Assembly (NCBI RefSeq): GCF_001194135.2
Contig: NC_068998.1
Coordinates: 29,447,337 to 29,495,163 of the forward strand
Direction of reading: 5' to 3'
Source: Octopus bimaculoides
Lineage: Eukaryota
DNA: 47,827 nt
Shown here: positions 22,110 through 35,050 of the stretch, in pieces
Layout of the letters: every line of letters starts with the position of its first letter
How positions within the stretch are numbered: the stretch's first letter is position 1
The notes under the pieces: model-generated
Databases searched by the model: none
What the model saw: only the letters and a program-made list of their open reading frames with translations
Told to the model about the DNA's origin: nothing
Translations under genes and position numbers: made by a program

Positions 22110-24300
22110 GTTTCTACTTCCCTTTCCTCACCATATTCTCAGTACTTTCAAAATGCATCTGCCAATCTGTTTCTTATGGGCTGAAGCAAAAGCCATCACC
22201 ACCGCCAAACTACTTCGACTTGAAGAAAGCAGACTAGAACTGTTACCGCACTGAGTCACAACGCCCAAACTGACTTGAATTTCACAATTCCGGAGATGTC
22301 AATTCTGTACTTCAGAACATCCTCAATTCAAACCGGGCCATATATGAAGCATAAGTATCTCGTAAATGCATTAAAAAAACCAAAATGCAATTTGGGAGTC
22401 TGCAACACTCCGAATTGCCAGGAGAAGACATCATGATACTGAACAGGAGTACAGACTACATCGAACATAGGAAAATAGAAGGCGCATCTAACCATCAGGT
22501 GACAACGCCCCCCCCCCCCAAAAAAAAACAGTGCTTGAATTTGAACGTGTAGCAAGCAAACCTAACAACAAAGTGCTCTGGAAATATGTTCGTTCGAAGC
22601 AGAAACCTCATTCTCCAGTTGACCCGCTTTGTAATCTCCACACAGGTCGGACTATTGATGATTCTAAAGAATGCACAGAACTTACGAATTGTTGAATGCT
22701 ATGTTGCTGAAAATCCAAATGTACCATCTTCATCACCTCTGACATCAAATTCTATAACATCTGTTAAATTTACCCCTGCAATACTGCGACGCTATCTCAA
22801 GTATAAGCACAACTATGCTTCTCCTAGTCTTGATGATATTGCTTCTCTGCTTCTCAAACGCAGTGGGTTCTTACTTTTGCACCAGCTTTCATTCTTCTTC
22901 CAGAGCAGTGGAAAACTGCCAGCGTCATTCTCCAGTCAGTCTTACAAAAGCTGTATTACCAAACCGTTGGAATCCTCTGTCAGAGAAACATCTTGGAACT
23001 TCTAGAACTCCCAAAGCCTTATTCAACCCTCACAATTTGGATTTATCCCTTATTTCAGCTGCTGTAGTTAACTCATCGAGTTTCTTGAAGACATCACCCG
23101 AATACCTGATGGCGACTCATGGGTGGATGTTATCTATGCTTTCAATTCTGTGCCACACAAACGACTTATGGCACAACTTTCTGCAATGGGTGTGAGAGAT
23201 GATCGTTATAACTAGTTGAAGTCCTTCATTCTTGGTCGAAAAGATGTAACCATAGTTCTAGGACAGCATCCTTCAGCCTTTGAGATGACATCTGGTGTAC
23301 CACCGGGATCCGTTCTTAGACCGCTCTTGTTTGATGTATATATTGACATAAATGCCAACTTGAAGAACGTTACAGTGTTGAAATACGCAGATGACATCAA
23401 GATGCGCCCTGAAATAAAAAGAACAGATATTATACGCTAAAGATCTTTCCAGCAATCAAACCTACACATAATGCAGCAATGGATTACTGACTTGCAACTC
23501 AAACTGGCTAAGAACAAGTGCACCTCTATGCATTTTGGGAAGAAAAATCTAGCTTTTACATACTCTCTTAAGAAGTCTGCTGGTGAACGTGGGCTGGGCA
23601 TTATTTTCAACAGTAATTTGCGTTGGACTAATCACATATCTAAAATTGTCAAGAAGGCCGAGTGTATCTTAGCACCACTCAGTAAGATCTTTGTCTGCCG
23701 TTCTCCAGTTATCTATTTAAAGCTGTATATGGTTACTCTTAGACTTTGCTCACCAGTATGGAACCCTTGTCTTGCTCAGTATATCAATCTCCTGGAAACT
23801 GTTCAGAAACGTGCAAACAGACGAATACCCGGCGTCAGGCATTTACCATACTCTGAACGTCTTGCTTTCCTGGGCGTAGGCACATTGAAGCTCCGACGTC
23901 TGGAAACTGACTTGGTAGATACCCATAAGATTATCAATCTTTTCAATAACAACATTGGGTACCTTTTTGAATTCCATATGTCTAACATTCGTGGACATGA
24001 TTACAAAATCAATAAACGACACAACACCCATGACTTACAGAAACACTTTTTCACACTCAGACTTAATGAAGGATGGAATAAACTAGCTGTATCAGTTGTT
24101 AGTTGTCCAGCCACTATATCCTTCAAAACTTCCATGCTTTCTGGAATTCTCTAACGGTACACCCGATCTTCACCACCAATTTTAAACGACTCATTTCCTA
24201 TTCACTTCCTGTGCGTTATTTTATATGCTGTTCATGCACATTTGGCTACTTTTTCTGAAGAGCACAGTATACCATATTTTTATTATTATTAAGTGTCCTC
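22110..24300 (+). mobile_element. CR1-clade LINE, ORF2 pseudogene (linker, RT, C-terminal domain)
   Basis: LWKYVRSKQK; QFGF; FNSVPHKRL; SGVPPGSVLRPLLF (GVPQGSVLGP motif); KYADDIK (YADD); GIIFNSNLRWTNHI; SPVWNPCL; LETVQKRANRRIPG..LPYSERL; WNKL. Several frameshifts. Longest open piece 23471-24154. The 5' boundary is approximate. Confidence 0.92.
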
Positions 24301-24357
24301 ATCTTGGTTAAGTCACAATAATAGCCTGACTTTATCAGTGTATAATAACCCTTTTAG

Positions 24358-24561
24358 CAATAAGTTCAAGGCCTGGAATTTTGAGTGAGGGGGTAGTCGA
24401 TCACATCGACCCCAGTGATAAAATGTAGTTATTGTAAAGTCTCCGAAGGGATGAAAGGCAACGTCGACCTTGGCGGCATTTGGACTCGGAACATAAAGAC
24501 GGATGAAATGCCGCTAAGCATTTTGTCTGGCACGCTAACGATTCTGCCAACTCGCTGCCTT
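24358..24561 (-). mobile_element. SINE family B
   Basis: Reverse complement of the 1891-2104 family. Confidence 0.88.
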
Positions 24562-24698
24562 ATAGCTGAGTATAATAATAGTTTCAAATTTTGGAAAAAA
24601 TTTCATTATCATAAATCCTCATCTCAGAAATTTAGACAAAAAATATTAAGAACTTTTCTTATCTAACAGATCAGTCAGTTTTGCCTCAAATTTTCCTC

Positions 24699-25140
24699 TG
24701 GCACTCCGTCGGGTACGACGACGAGGGTTCCAGTCGATCCGATCAACTCAACAGCCTGTTCGAGAAATTAACGCAAATGTGGCTGGGCATTCCATGGACA
24801 CGCGTACCCTTAACATAATTCTCAGTTAGAATCAGCGTGATACTGTTCAAATTCCGCCGAGGTCGACATTGCCTTTCATCCTTTAGGGGTCGATAAGTTA
24901 AGTAACAGTTGCATATTGGGGTCGATGTAATCAACTGGTCCACTCCCCACAAATTTTGGGCCTTGTGCCTAGAGTAGAAAAGAATCAGCGTGACACAGAA
25001 TGCGAGAAGTCTGTCTTTTTGAATTACAGGTACAACTTATTTTTACCAGTTGAGTGGACTGGACCAACGTGAAATAATGTGTCCTGCTCAAGAAAACAAC
25101 GCGCCGCCAGCAATCGAACTCACGGCCTTACAATCGTAGT
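24699..25140 (-). mobile_element. tRNA-derived SINE family C, interrupted by a nested insertion
   Basis: Minus strand has B-box gagttcgattg, then ttgagcaggacacattatttcacgttg and a 3' end ggatcgactggaaccctcgtcgtacccgacggagtgcca. Confidence 0.75.
24841..24980 (+). mobile_element. 5'-truncated SINE family B nested in family C
   Basis: gttcaaattccgccgaggtcgac...gccttgtgcctagagtagaaa flanked by the perfect 13-bp repeat agaatcagcgtga (24828-24840 and 24981-24993). Confidence 0.88.
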
Positions 25141-25275
25141 TTGTGAGTGTGTGTGTGTATTGCATCTATAGAAATCCACATTTTCCACTTTTTCGTAAAA
25201 TTTTTACATGAATGGAATTTTCTCGATGTGAACTTCCAGTGCAGTAATTAAATTTTTTAAATTCTGTTTACTTTG

Positions 25276-25814
25276 NNNNNNNNNNNNNNNNNNNNNNNNN
25301 NNNNNNNNNNNNNNNNNNNNNNNNNNNNNNNNNNNNNNNNNNNNNNNNNNNNNNNNNNNNNNNNNNNNNNNNNNNNNNNNNNNNNNNNNNNNNNNNNNNN
25401 NNNNNNNNNNNNNNNNNNNNNNNNNNNNNNNNNNNNNNNNNNNNNNNNNNNNNNNNNNNNNNNNNNNNNNNNNNNNNNNNNNNNNNNNNNNNNNNNNNNN
25501 NNNNNNNNNNNNNNNNNNNNNNNNNNNNNNNNNNNNNNNNNNNNNNNNNNNNNNNNNNNNNNNNNNNNNNNNNNNNNNNNNNNNNNNNNNNNNNNNNNNN
25601 NNNNNNNNNNNNNNNNNNNNNNNNNNNNNNNNNNNNNNNNNNNNNNNNNNNNNNNNNNNNNNNNNNNNNNNNNNNNNNNNNNNNNNNNNNNNNNNNNNNN
25701 NNNNNNNNNNNNNNNNNNNNNNNNNNNNNNNNNNNNNNNNNNNNNNNNNNNNNNNNNNNNNNNNNNNNNNNNNNNNNNNNNNNNNNNNNNNNNNNNNNNN
25801 NNNNNNNNNNNNNN
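25276..25814. other. assembly gap (N)
   Basis: N run. Confidence 1.
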
Positions 25815-26099
25815 TTTGAGAAGTGTTCCCCACTCGGTGGTGTTTCAGAGCAAGTCGTTCATATTTGTTTCATTTTTCTCTATTATGTGCGTATGTGCAT
25901 CCGTAGATTTCTAATGAAGTAATAGGCAGTGAAGAGAAACCGTCATAAGAAAACTTTTAACTACCTCTATTCCTTTCTCCCCCTCTCTCTACCTCTTCCT
26001 CTCTCGCTCTCTCAAACACATACACGTGCAAGTACACAATCATTCAGTAAAATATAACTCATGTTCGTCAATGTTTTGTAAATATACCACGATTTTCAC

Positions 26100-26241
26100 T
26101 AGGGTGTTAGGGTTATGGTTTAGGGTTACGGTTACGGTTAGGGTTAGGATTAGTGTTACGGTTACGGTTGTAGGGTCAGGGTTAGGGTTTAGGGTTAGTG
26201 CTAGGGTTAGTGTTAGGATTAGGTTTAGGATTAGGGTTGGG
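26100..26241 (+). repeat. degenerate interstitial telomere-like (TTAGGG)n array
   Basis: Hexamer period with TTAGGG, TTACGG, TTAGTG, TTAGGA and TCAGGG variants. Confidence 0.85.
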
Positions 26242-26620
26242 TAATCGTGCGGGTGTTAATCTGAAAAATTACAGATATGTGAAAAGTACCGACCCTGCCA
26301 TCTATTATAACTTTTGTTGTTCTGTTTAATATATACATAGACTATGCCTACAAACAAGAGAGTTTGCTGGGGAAAGACAGCAACCGGTTTAAAATGACAG
26401 CAACAGACTGCAGCAATTCACCACATTCCAGAAGTTACTTTGAACATAATGCAAAATGGTGCATCAACATCTTCTGCCCAATCTGATAGAATTCTGGCAA
26501 AACTGTGTAGCAACAGATCGCCAGCAATTGCTTCATCACAAATTGCCGTCCTAACTCCTGCGAAAAGGGATTACCCTGCTATGTATAATCAGGACAGCGC
26601 AAAAAGTTGTTTTGCACAAG

Positions 26621-26900
26621 NNNNNNNNNNNNNNNNNNNNNNNNNNNNNNNNNNNNNNNNNNNNNNNNNNNNNNNNNNNNNNNNNNNNNNNNNNNNNNNN
26701 NNNNNNNNNNNNNNNNNNNNNNNNNNNNNNNNNNNNNNNNNNNNNNNNNNNNNNNNNNNNNNNNNNNNNNNNNNNNNNNNNNNNNNNNNNNNNNNNNNNN
26801 NNNNNNNNNNNNNNNNNNNNNNNNNNNNNNNNNNNNNNNNNNNNNNNNNNNNNNNNNNNNNNNNNNNNNNNNNNNNNNNNNNNNNNNNNNNNNNNNNNNN
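26621..26900. other. assembly gap (N)
   Basis: N run. Confidence 1.
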
Positions 26901-26945
<45 letters not shown>

Positions 26946-26959
26946 CATATCTATGTGTG

Positions 26960-27163
26960 TGCGTGTATTTGTGTCAGTGTTTGTCCCCTGCCACCGGTTG
27001 ACAACCGGTGTTTACGTCCAGTAACTTAGTAGTTCGGCAAAAGAGCCCGATAAAATAAGTACCAGGCCTTACAAAAATAAGTAGTGGGGTCGATTCGTTC
27101 GACTAAACCTCTTCAAAGCAGTTCCCAGCATGGCTGCAGTCTAATGGCTGAAACAAGTAAAAA
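26960..27163 (+). mobile_element. SINE family A, 3' half (5' half probably in the gap)
   Basis: ggttgacaaccggtg...ataagtaccagg...cagcatggctgcagtctaatggctgaaacaagtaaaa. Confidence 0.88.
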
Positions 27164-28179
27164 ATTATATACTATTATAAAACATATAAGATTGCAGATT
27201 CAAACATGTACTATAAATAAATACAATGCATGAAGTCTGAATTTTACTTCAAGAATTAGACGGAATATACATAACCCCAATGTAAACTAGGAGGACCATA
27301 TAAAATATTGCAAAAGGAATTTAAAAGTAGATACGAACTCTGCGAAATGTAGAATTGGCTTAATTAGCTTACAAATCGTGAATAGCTTTAGCAATAACAC
27401 TTATAACACTATATAAAATTCACACCAAGCATATTTAAAAGTCGTTATATCTAACACATAAGCTCTTTTTGAAACATATGTAAGAAGAATACCACAGATT
27501 TTCCAAAAGATGATGACTTTTAAAATAGAAAAGCAATATTCCTCTAAATATGCTTAACTCACAGCTGTAAGGTAATCAGTTTTGTAGTACTAAATCTCCT
27601 GTGAATTCTTACTGCATGCTTACTTAACCCAGAACATTACTGAAAGAACGGCGCCAGCTGAAATGATGTAGCACTGCAGGAGGAATAAAATTGAATTCAA
27701 TACTGTTTGTTTCAAAGGATGCTGTTTCCAAGGGCATTAACGATATCATATAACTTTCAAATGTAGATCGAAACAGCGAAACTACGAAACAAAGGAAAAT
27801 GATATTAGTAGAAACCCCATTTGTAAAAATGACTGAAACTTTTTTTTTAGTTGTTCGACGTTCTCGTCATCAACAGCGCCATTGTCATCATTTCCCTCAC
27901 CATTGCTCCTGTCGTTGTTGTTAACATCAAATTTATCCAAATCGGATAAAATTTTTATTGACCTCCAATTAACCGCCATTTGACGGATTATATTTTCCCC
28001 AGATAACAATATAGTTGACATTAGTCTTGTTACAAAAAGAAGAGAAGCAAATCTGTAAAAACAAAATATTTATATAAAAACGACTGACAACATTGTTTCA
28101 TGGTCTGTTTTTCCCTTAGTGGTAATGGCTTCTTAACCCTTCACTTCTCTAAAGCTAGTGTCCCAGTTGCTACTGCTGT

Positions 28180-28238
<59 letters not shown>

Positions 28239-28239
28239 T
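28180..28239 (+). repeat. (CTA)n trinucleotide repeat
   Basis: Read directly from the sequence. Confidence 0.95.
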
Positions 28240-28894
28240 ATTCTTTCCCCAGGTTTTTATTAGGACTGATGCTAATTCCTCCTCCCACCCCTCAACACCA
28301 CTGTGCCCGTTATAGTGGACCATACTCTTCACCATCGTCTTTCCTTCTTTCTCCGCTCATTATCTCTGTTTTCCAATAGTATATATATACCTACCCCCTC
28401 ATCCTACACTTTTTCGTGTGCTTCTGTTTTCCTCTCAACTTTTCTCTCTTGCTATGCATTCCTTCCTTCATTTTTTTCTTTCTTTCTTTCTTTCTTTCTT
28501 GATTCCCTCATTAATTCTTTCTTGTTTTACTTCAATTCCTTCATTTTCATTGCTTCTTTATATACTATTTGCTAAACTTGTCACTCTCTTCGTGTTTTTC
28601 TTCCCATTTAAAAAATTTTTTCTCAATCTTCCTCAATAGTCAAAATTCTTCCTATTTCTTACATTCATACTGCCCACCCCCAAGTAAATGAATTTTAAAA
28701 GAGGAGAAGGAGAGACGAGTGAGTCTAGTATTCGAAGGCAGGTTGTACGAGACCAGACAACTTTGACGAGCAAATACCTTTATGGTAACTTTATAGAAAG
28801 GACAAAGCACGCCGACGGGGTATAAACTAAAGATTGCCTAGAAGTAATTTTATATCAGTCAGTCGAGTAGCCATTTTTCTGTGTGTAGCAGCAT

Positions 28895-29812
28895 CGTCAA
28901 CTGAATTTAGGAGAGGAAGGGAGAGTCTTGAAGATGACCCAAGGTCTGAACATCCTGCAATTGCCACCACCGAAAACATTGATCATGTTTACTACATGGT
29001 GGTGGATGAGAGAGTTGAGAATGTTCTGCCCAATGAACTTGATATGGCGAAGGTTTCTGTTTGGTGGGTGCCACGTTTGATACCAGATCAAAAGCGCACC
29101 AGGCTGATCATATCATTGGAAAATCTGACTTTGTTTGGGGTAGATCCAGCTGGTTTTCTTGAACGTTACCTTATTCAGGATGAGTGTCGAGTTTATCACT
29201 TTGAACCAGAGACAAGGAGACAATCCATGCAGTGGGAACAGCCCTCCTCACAGCTCCAAAGACGGCCAAGGTCGTTTCATTTGCAGGGAAGGTGATGGCC
29301 TCAGTTTTGGGGGATATAAAAGGTTTTTTGTCATTGTGCTTATTGACTAACTTCAAAAGGGCCACACCATTAATGGAGATTAGTATTTCAACTTGCTGAG
29401 GCAGTTACGAAAGACTATCAAGATCAAACGCCCCGAAAAACTGACGAAAGGGTCTTGGTTTATCAAGCACACAAGTTCTTGATTTTAATGGCTGCTGTGC
29501 GTGATTGTGGCTTTGAACTGGTTGATTCCTCTCCCAATTCTCTTGATTTGACCCATCTAACTATTATCTGTTTCTCAACATAAACAACGCTTCGCTGGGA
29601 ACCAGTATCGTAGTGATGATGACGTCATATTTACTGCTGACGAGTTTTTTGACCAGCAAGATGAAAGCTTCTTCACCAATGGGATCCAAGCACTGCAACA
29701 CTGATGGACGAAATGTGCTCACTACATGGGGGACTATGTTAAAAGATAAACCTCATTTGTTCATATTCCATGAGAGCATCTTGGTGAGTCTATGAACTTT
29801 TCAGCCGACCCT
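28895..29812 (+). mobile_element. mariner (DD34D) transposon relic, 5'-truncated
   Basis: EFRRGRESLEDDPRS..P; WVPRL; QDECRVYHFEPETRRQSMQW; later frames KVMASV.., CGFELVD..PNSLDL (YSPDL-like) and C-terminus GDYV. Right TIR-like gtctatgaacttttcagccgaccctc at about 29785-29812; left TIR not found. Confidence 0.9.
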
Positions 29813-30900
29813 CATTCATTGGAATTATATACACTTCGCGTTTTAAAAATATCAATAGATGAATTACCTGTATGAATAGACATAGACACATTCTTTAAAA
29901 TCTTGCAGTTGTACATAACATTTATTAATCTTGAAATTTCTATGCATGTTCCACGATGTAGTGTTGAATCTGTTGTTCGAACCTAGCCGTTCTGCTCTAC
30001 TATGTACTCTATCAACACAACAACGAACTCTTAACAATACACATTCTACATACGAAACAAACGAAACACTAATATCATTAACAACAATAAACAGATCCCC
30101 TTTTAGCAGGGAGAATTAACTGATAGTTTGGTAACTGGCTAAAATAAACATTAAAAATCGAAAGGAGAAAATAAACAACTTTGCAAGTTTAACTCTGTGT
30201 TTATTGAACAAGAGAGGTGCGAAATTTAAGAAGCGACTTGCTAGAATATACACGTCTGTGAGGAAACATAAACAAGAATAGCAAAAATCTTCTATACCAA
30301 AAGAACTGGTAATACATACATTACAAGTGTTCTATGAAGAGAACATAAGATTGCTGTATAATTCAACATGAATGACGACATTAAATATCATGTAAGGTAA
30401 ATGAAGGTTTCTGTGAGAACGCTAAAAGTCATATTCACTTAGTGAGTTTACGTATTCGAGGATGCATTATGATATTGTCGTTGTCGGCGTTAGATGCAGT
30501 AAGAGTTGGTAGCGGCGATACCGGCGGTGATGAATTTCATTGTGTCGTAACGTGGAGAAAGCGAGCAATAGCTTCCTGGTGGCAAGGCAAGCTAGACTCC
30601 CTAAGCAGAGAAAAACTGATCTATTAAAGAAATTGCTAAGCTCTACAGAGATGTGAAAGGTTTTTCCGACAAGAGAACACGTGATCCATTTGAACGCATC
30701 TGATTGGTTGACTGGGTAATTTGGTGTAATTGTTTAGAGGACAAATTGCACCTAAAAACTAACCAATCAGAGCAAATGGTTAAAACATGATTTTTATAGC
30801 TAAGTATTCTCTGCTACGTTCAACTATAAATAAAAGGGAGAGAGAATAGTTTGTCATTTATGATTTTGTCAATCCATTCTGCTACACCCTCATTTTAACA

Positions 30901-31003
30901 CATTAGATGTAACATACCTTCTCACAAAGCAACATACCTTCTCACAGAGCAACATACCTTCTCACTAAGTAAACAAACATTAGATGTTACATAACCTTCT
31001 CAC
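30901..31003 (+). repeat. 20-bp tandem repeat (aacataccttctcacanagc) x3 plus a displaced fourth copy
   Basis: Units at 30911, 30931 and 30951; cattagatgt(a/t)acata recurs at about 30978. Confidence 0.85.
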
Positions 31004-31701
31004 ACCTCAGACATTTTCTCAGAATCAGGCCTTGAGAATTTTTGGCTAACCAGTGAACTTTCTTTTAGCTTCAACCCTGTTTAACGTTTCGATTAATCCA
31101 AATTATTCAAACCCGAATCAGACTTACATGTAGCTCTCTCTTAGGTGTAGTACACAAATTTTCCAGGGTATATTTTATCGGAACCGTACACTACTGTGAG
31201 CTCGATGACTTTAGTAAGAGCCTCTGTCAAAATATGTCAGCCTAAAATCATCCACTATTTCCCTTTTAACGATATCTTCTCAATCAAACTACTGAAAATA
31301 TTATCAGTTTGATGCAAATTGCGAATTGTCTACAAACTAACAGAAATAAATAACAGTACAAAACGATATACCTTTCTTTAAATGGCGATTGTAAATTCTC
31401 GTCTTCATTCTTGGTATAATGATAAACAAAAAAAAACATGACTCAAACATATCCATTGGGAAACACAGCAACACACATTTTTACGCTGCACAATTCAAAA
31501 TTAATAATGATTTTTAACTGGAGTTGAACTCAAATAGTAAACAAAATCAAACAAATGACGGCAGGCATTCCTCCTCCCCCATTGCTCTATCGATTTTGCT
31601 ATCCACTGACCAAAGCTGTTCATAATGACTTGTGGTCTAGATACATCAGCTCAAATTTGGAGAGAAGGCTACAGTCAAGTTAATCGACCTCATAAGTGAA
31701 A

Positions 31702-31703
<2 letters not shown>

Positions 31704-31766
<63 letters not shown>
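31704..31766 (+). repeat. (GCA)n-(GTA)n trinucleotide repeat
   Basis: Read directly from the sequence. Confidence 0.95.
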
Positions 31767-31987
31767 ACAATTATGCCGATGATTCAGACTTCAAAAGAAA
31801 TTGGAAAATTTTTTATAGCCCATGCTTTGAAGGATTATCCTTTTGCACAAGATTCTTATGGAATTAAGTTTGCTTGTGTGTGATTATGCGTGTACATCCT
31901 TTGCAGAGTGTGTGTGTATGAGTGTGTGTGCGCGCATGCGCGCGTGCGTGTTTCTGTGTGTCTGTGTGTATGAGTGTATGTGTATGC

Positions 31988-32033
<46 letters not shown>

Positions 32034-33051
32034 TAGAGAGAGAGTGTGTGTGTGTGTCTGTGCGTTTGTGAGTGTTTCTCTGTTTATTTGTGTGTGTACG
32101 TGTATATGACACTGTTCTTTTAATGTGCTTATATGTTAAATGTTTGAAAGTGCATAAAGTTGGCGTGTCTGATTAAAGTTTGACGCTAATTGGTCAGTAT
32201 CAGTCGTAATATTCAGCTGGGCAAAATAACATCTTAACTAGTGTCCGTAAGTTCGTATTCCGCTAATTGTTAGTACCAAGAGAATTTTTAATTATGTGAG
32301 ATTCGGCGTACAGATAGTAAAACCAAAGTTTTTAAAATTTGCTATAGGGTTCCTGGTTTATGCGTGAGACATAATGCGAGTATGTACGGTGTACCAAAGG
32401 AAAATCACCCTAACGGAGCCAATCCTTATTAAGCTCTTGGCACAGGCGAAGAGAAATGAAAACTGAGGAAAAATGCCCGCTATCAAAATAACGTACTTCC
32501 ATTAAGGTCTCTCTCTTTATCTCTCTAATTCTCTTTCCCTTTATCACTTTCTTTTTCTCTTTGTCTCTCTAATTATCTTTCTTTTTATCACTTTCTCTTT
32601 CTCTTTATCTCACACACACAAAGCGATTATTAATTATACATGGGCTACTTCAAATATCAACGCTTTATAAAACAAATTCGTGAGTAGATGAGCAAAACTT
32701 TGAATGAAAGTAAACAAACTTAAGACCAATTCAGATATGTTTGAGGGCCTGGCGGCCAAGAGATGCTAGTATTGTCTGATTTCTCATAAGAAAAGCTTCC
32801 TCTATTTTGGTAGCTAGTGAATATGAGACCTTAGAGTTCGAAATGCATGCAGCCCTCAGTCAAATCAGAGGATACTCTGAAATGGCTGGGGTATTTTTTA
32901 CACCTTTTGGTCTCAAGCGAGATCTTTTGTCCATGGTAAATTGCAGTGAACAGCCTTTTACAGTCTCAAATATCTTTCAAACATATTTGAACTGGTCTTA
33001 AGCTTGTTCCCTTTCAGTCAATGCCTCGCACATCTACTCACAAATGTATTT

Positions 33052-35050
33052 ATCCATCCATCCATCCATCCACTTTCTTTTCCCACTATTCTTGGGAGGA
33101 TCCTGGGGATATACTCCTCAGACACGTAGTACTATCAGAAGCAACCATCATTATACTTTCCGGTTGGATTTCCTAATGTGACCAGCCTTGTGCTTGGTCT
33201 ACTCCTAGGTCTCCTGTCGGTTAACTGAGCTTGAAGAATCCGCCTTGTGATTCTTTTCTACGACATTCTAACTATATGTCCGTAGTAAGGGAGCCGTGAC
33301 TTCTCAATGCAGAGAAGTAGCGGTTGACCTAGAAGGATTGCCTGATCTCTGAGATATGCAGTTACTCTACAGATTCTTCGGAGGAACCTCATTTCGATCG
33401 CTTGTATTCGCGATCGAACTCTTTCTGTCATTACTCAACGTTTATGAGCAAAGGAACAGATAGGTACGGAAACCGAACTGCAAATAGCGAGTTCGGCTTT
33501 TTTCTTAATTTCTCCTCTTCTAAGAATCGAATGATTTTATTATGATTAGATTTAGGAGATCAGCAAATAATGCTCTCCACCTCACAAAGATGCTCTTCTT
33601 TGTAGGGAGAACATCAGCTGAGTTCTTAATAGCAGGTGTAAGATGACTTCACGTTAAGAAGTCAGTGGATGACACGCCAGAATACTCTATTGGTCAATCT
33701 AAACTCAGAGCCTAGTTTAACCCCGAAAGTCCATCCATGACTAAGTCTACGACGTTTTAGCTGTTTCCGCCGCAGCTTTTTGCGCCTCAGTGCACCGCAT
33801 GCACAAAAGAGGAGACTTATTTTCAAGCTAAATTTTCTAAGCCTCCTTTTTTGCAGGGACAACATCTTTAACTTCCTGGTTAAACCTGGGGGTTCTTTTA
33901 CCACCCGTTGCGGTATCCACCATCTTCCACCCACAGCATTGTATAGCAGAAGAAACTGTCATGTATTGGAAACTGTCGAATAAAACAATCTCCACTCCGT
34001 TCCGACCTACTCATTTTGTTCAGGAACGTCTCTGAATTCGAATTTAGTAGTATCTTCATATTTGTTTCTGATCTCATCATCCTCAGAGATTCTCATTCTA
34101 TCTTACAAGTTGCACTGGAATTACCAGTTTTGTGAGCTCTCCTTACTATAGATAATCATAGGTTGCAAACGACTAGGTGTTCAGCTGATACCTCAGCTCC
34201 TTTCTTTATACGAGCTTCCAGCACAGAATCAGAGGTCCGAAACGATAACAAAACCTGTCTGTGACCTCTGACCCAGAATACCCCTATACAATGTATACTT
34301 AAGAATATTCCTGTGCTGGAAGACGGTCTTCATAATAAAGACCCCATTTCTAGCACACAAGTCTAGTAAAGCCTCTCCATTCTCATTGAGTTCAAGGTTG
34401 CCGTTCTCCGCGAACATTCCATTCCACGTCCAGTGATAATTATCAAGGCTGCAGTGTCTTTGTCAAGGAAAGATTTGTATTCGGCCTTGCTGTTTGGTGC
34501 ATATACTTGCAACAGTCACAGCGGCCTTCCCTTCATCCTGAACTTCAGGAAGCAAACCCTCCCACCTAATGGCATTTACTCCATAACAACTGGTGGGGGG
34601 GATGTCTTGTAAGTATTCCCATCCCACTTGTTGGTATAGTTGGCACCACACCTGAATATTGGAGTTTTCACTTCCCCATCCGAATATGCGGTAACAGAAC
34701 CACGGAACCTTGTAGAGGAGAAATCAACTGTATCAAGCAGGTGGCATTTGACCTTCTCCACTAGTTCCTGCTCTTTTCCTGAAAAGGTTGTTACAGTCCG
34801 ATTCTCAGTCACTAAAACCTATTTCCTCCTAGATCCACTTCGGGGTCCTGAGACACTTATTCTTTGTGCTCTCACCCCATGCCTCCCAGAACAAGTTGCA
34901 TGTTTATTGTGATTGTATGGGCATTGGATACAGACTGCAATATATTTTTCGAAAGGACCACTCTACCTAAGATCCAAACGCACACTTTGTTAACCTGCAC
35001 GACTGACGATGTGCTATGGTTATTTTCTCGAACCTCTTTTCAATAAGACT
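33052..35050 (-). mobile_element. RTE-clade LINE relic with AP endonuclease and (GGAT)n tail, RT core missing
   Basis: APE: TTFSGKEQELVEKVKCHLLDTV..SST; ELNENGEALLDLCARNG.FIMKTVFQH..; GQRSQTGFVIVSDL. C-terminus: KAELAICSSV.VPI; YYGHIVRM..RRILQAQ..RRPRSRP. Tail (tcca)n at 33052-33072 on plus. The 5' boundary is approximate. Confidence 0.85.

Noticed and set aside
32815-32935. Exon-like plus-strand frame ASEYETLEFEMHAALSQIRGYSEMAG...
   Set aside because: Weak acceptor, unrecognised peptide, and it adjoins the RTE tail, so it may be repeat-derived.
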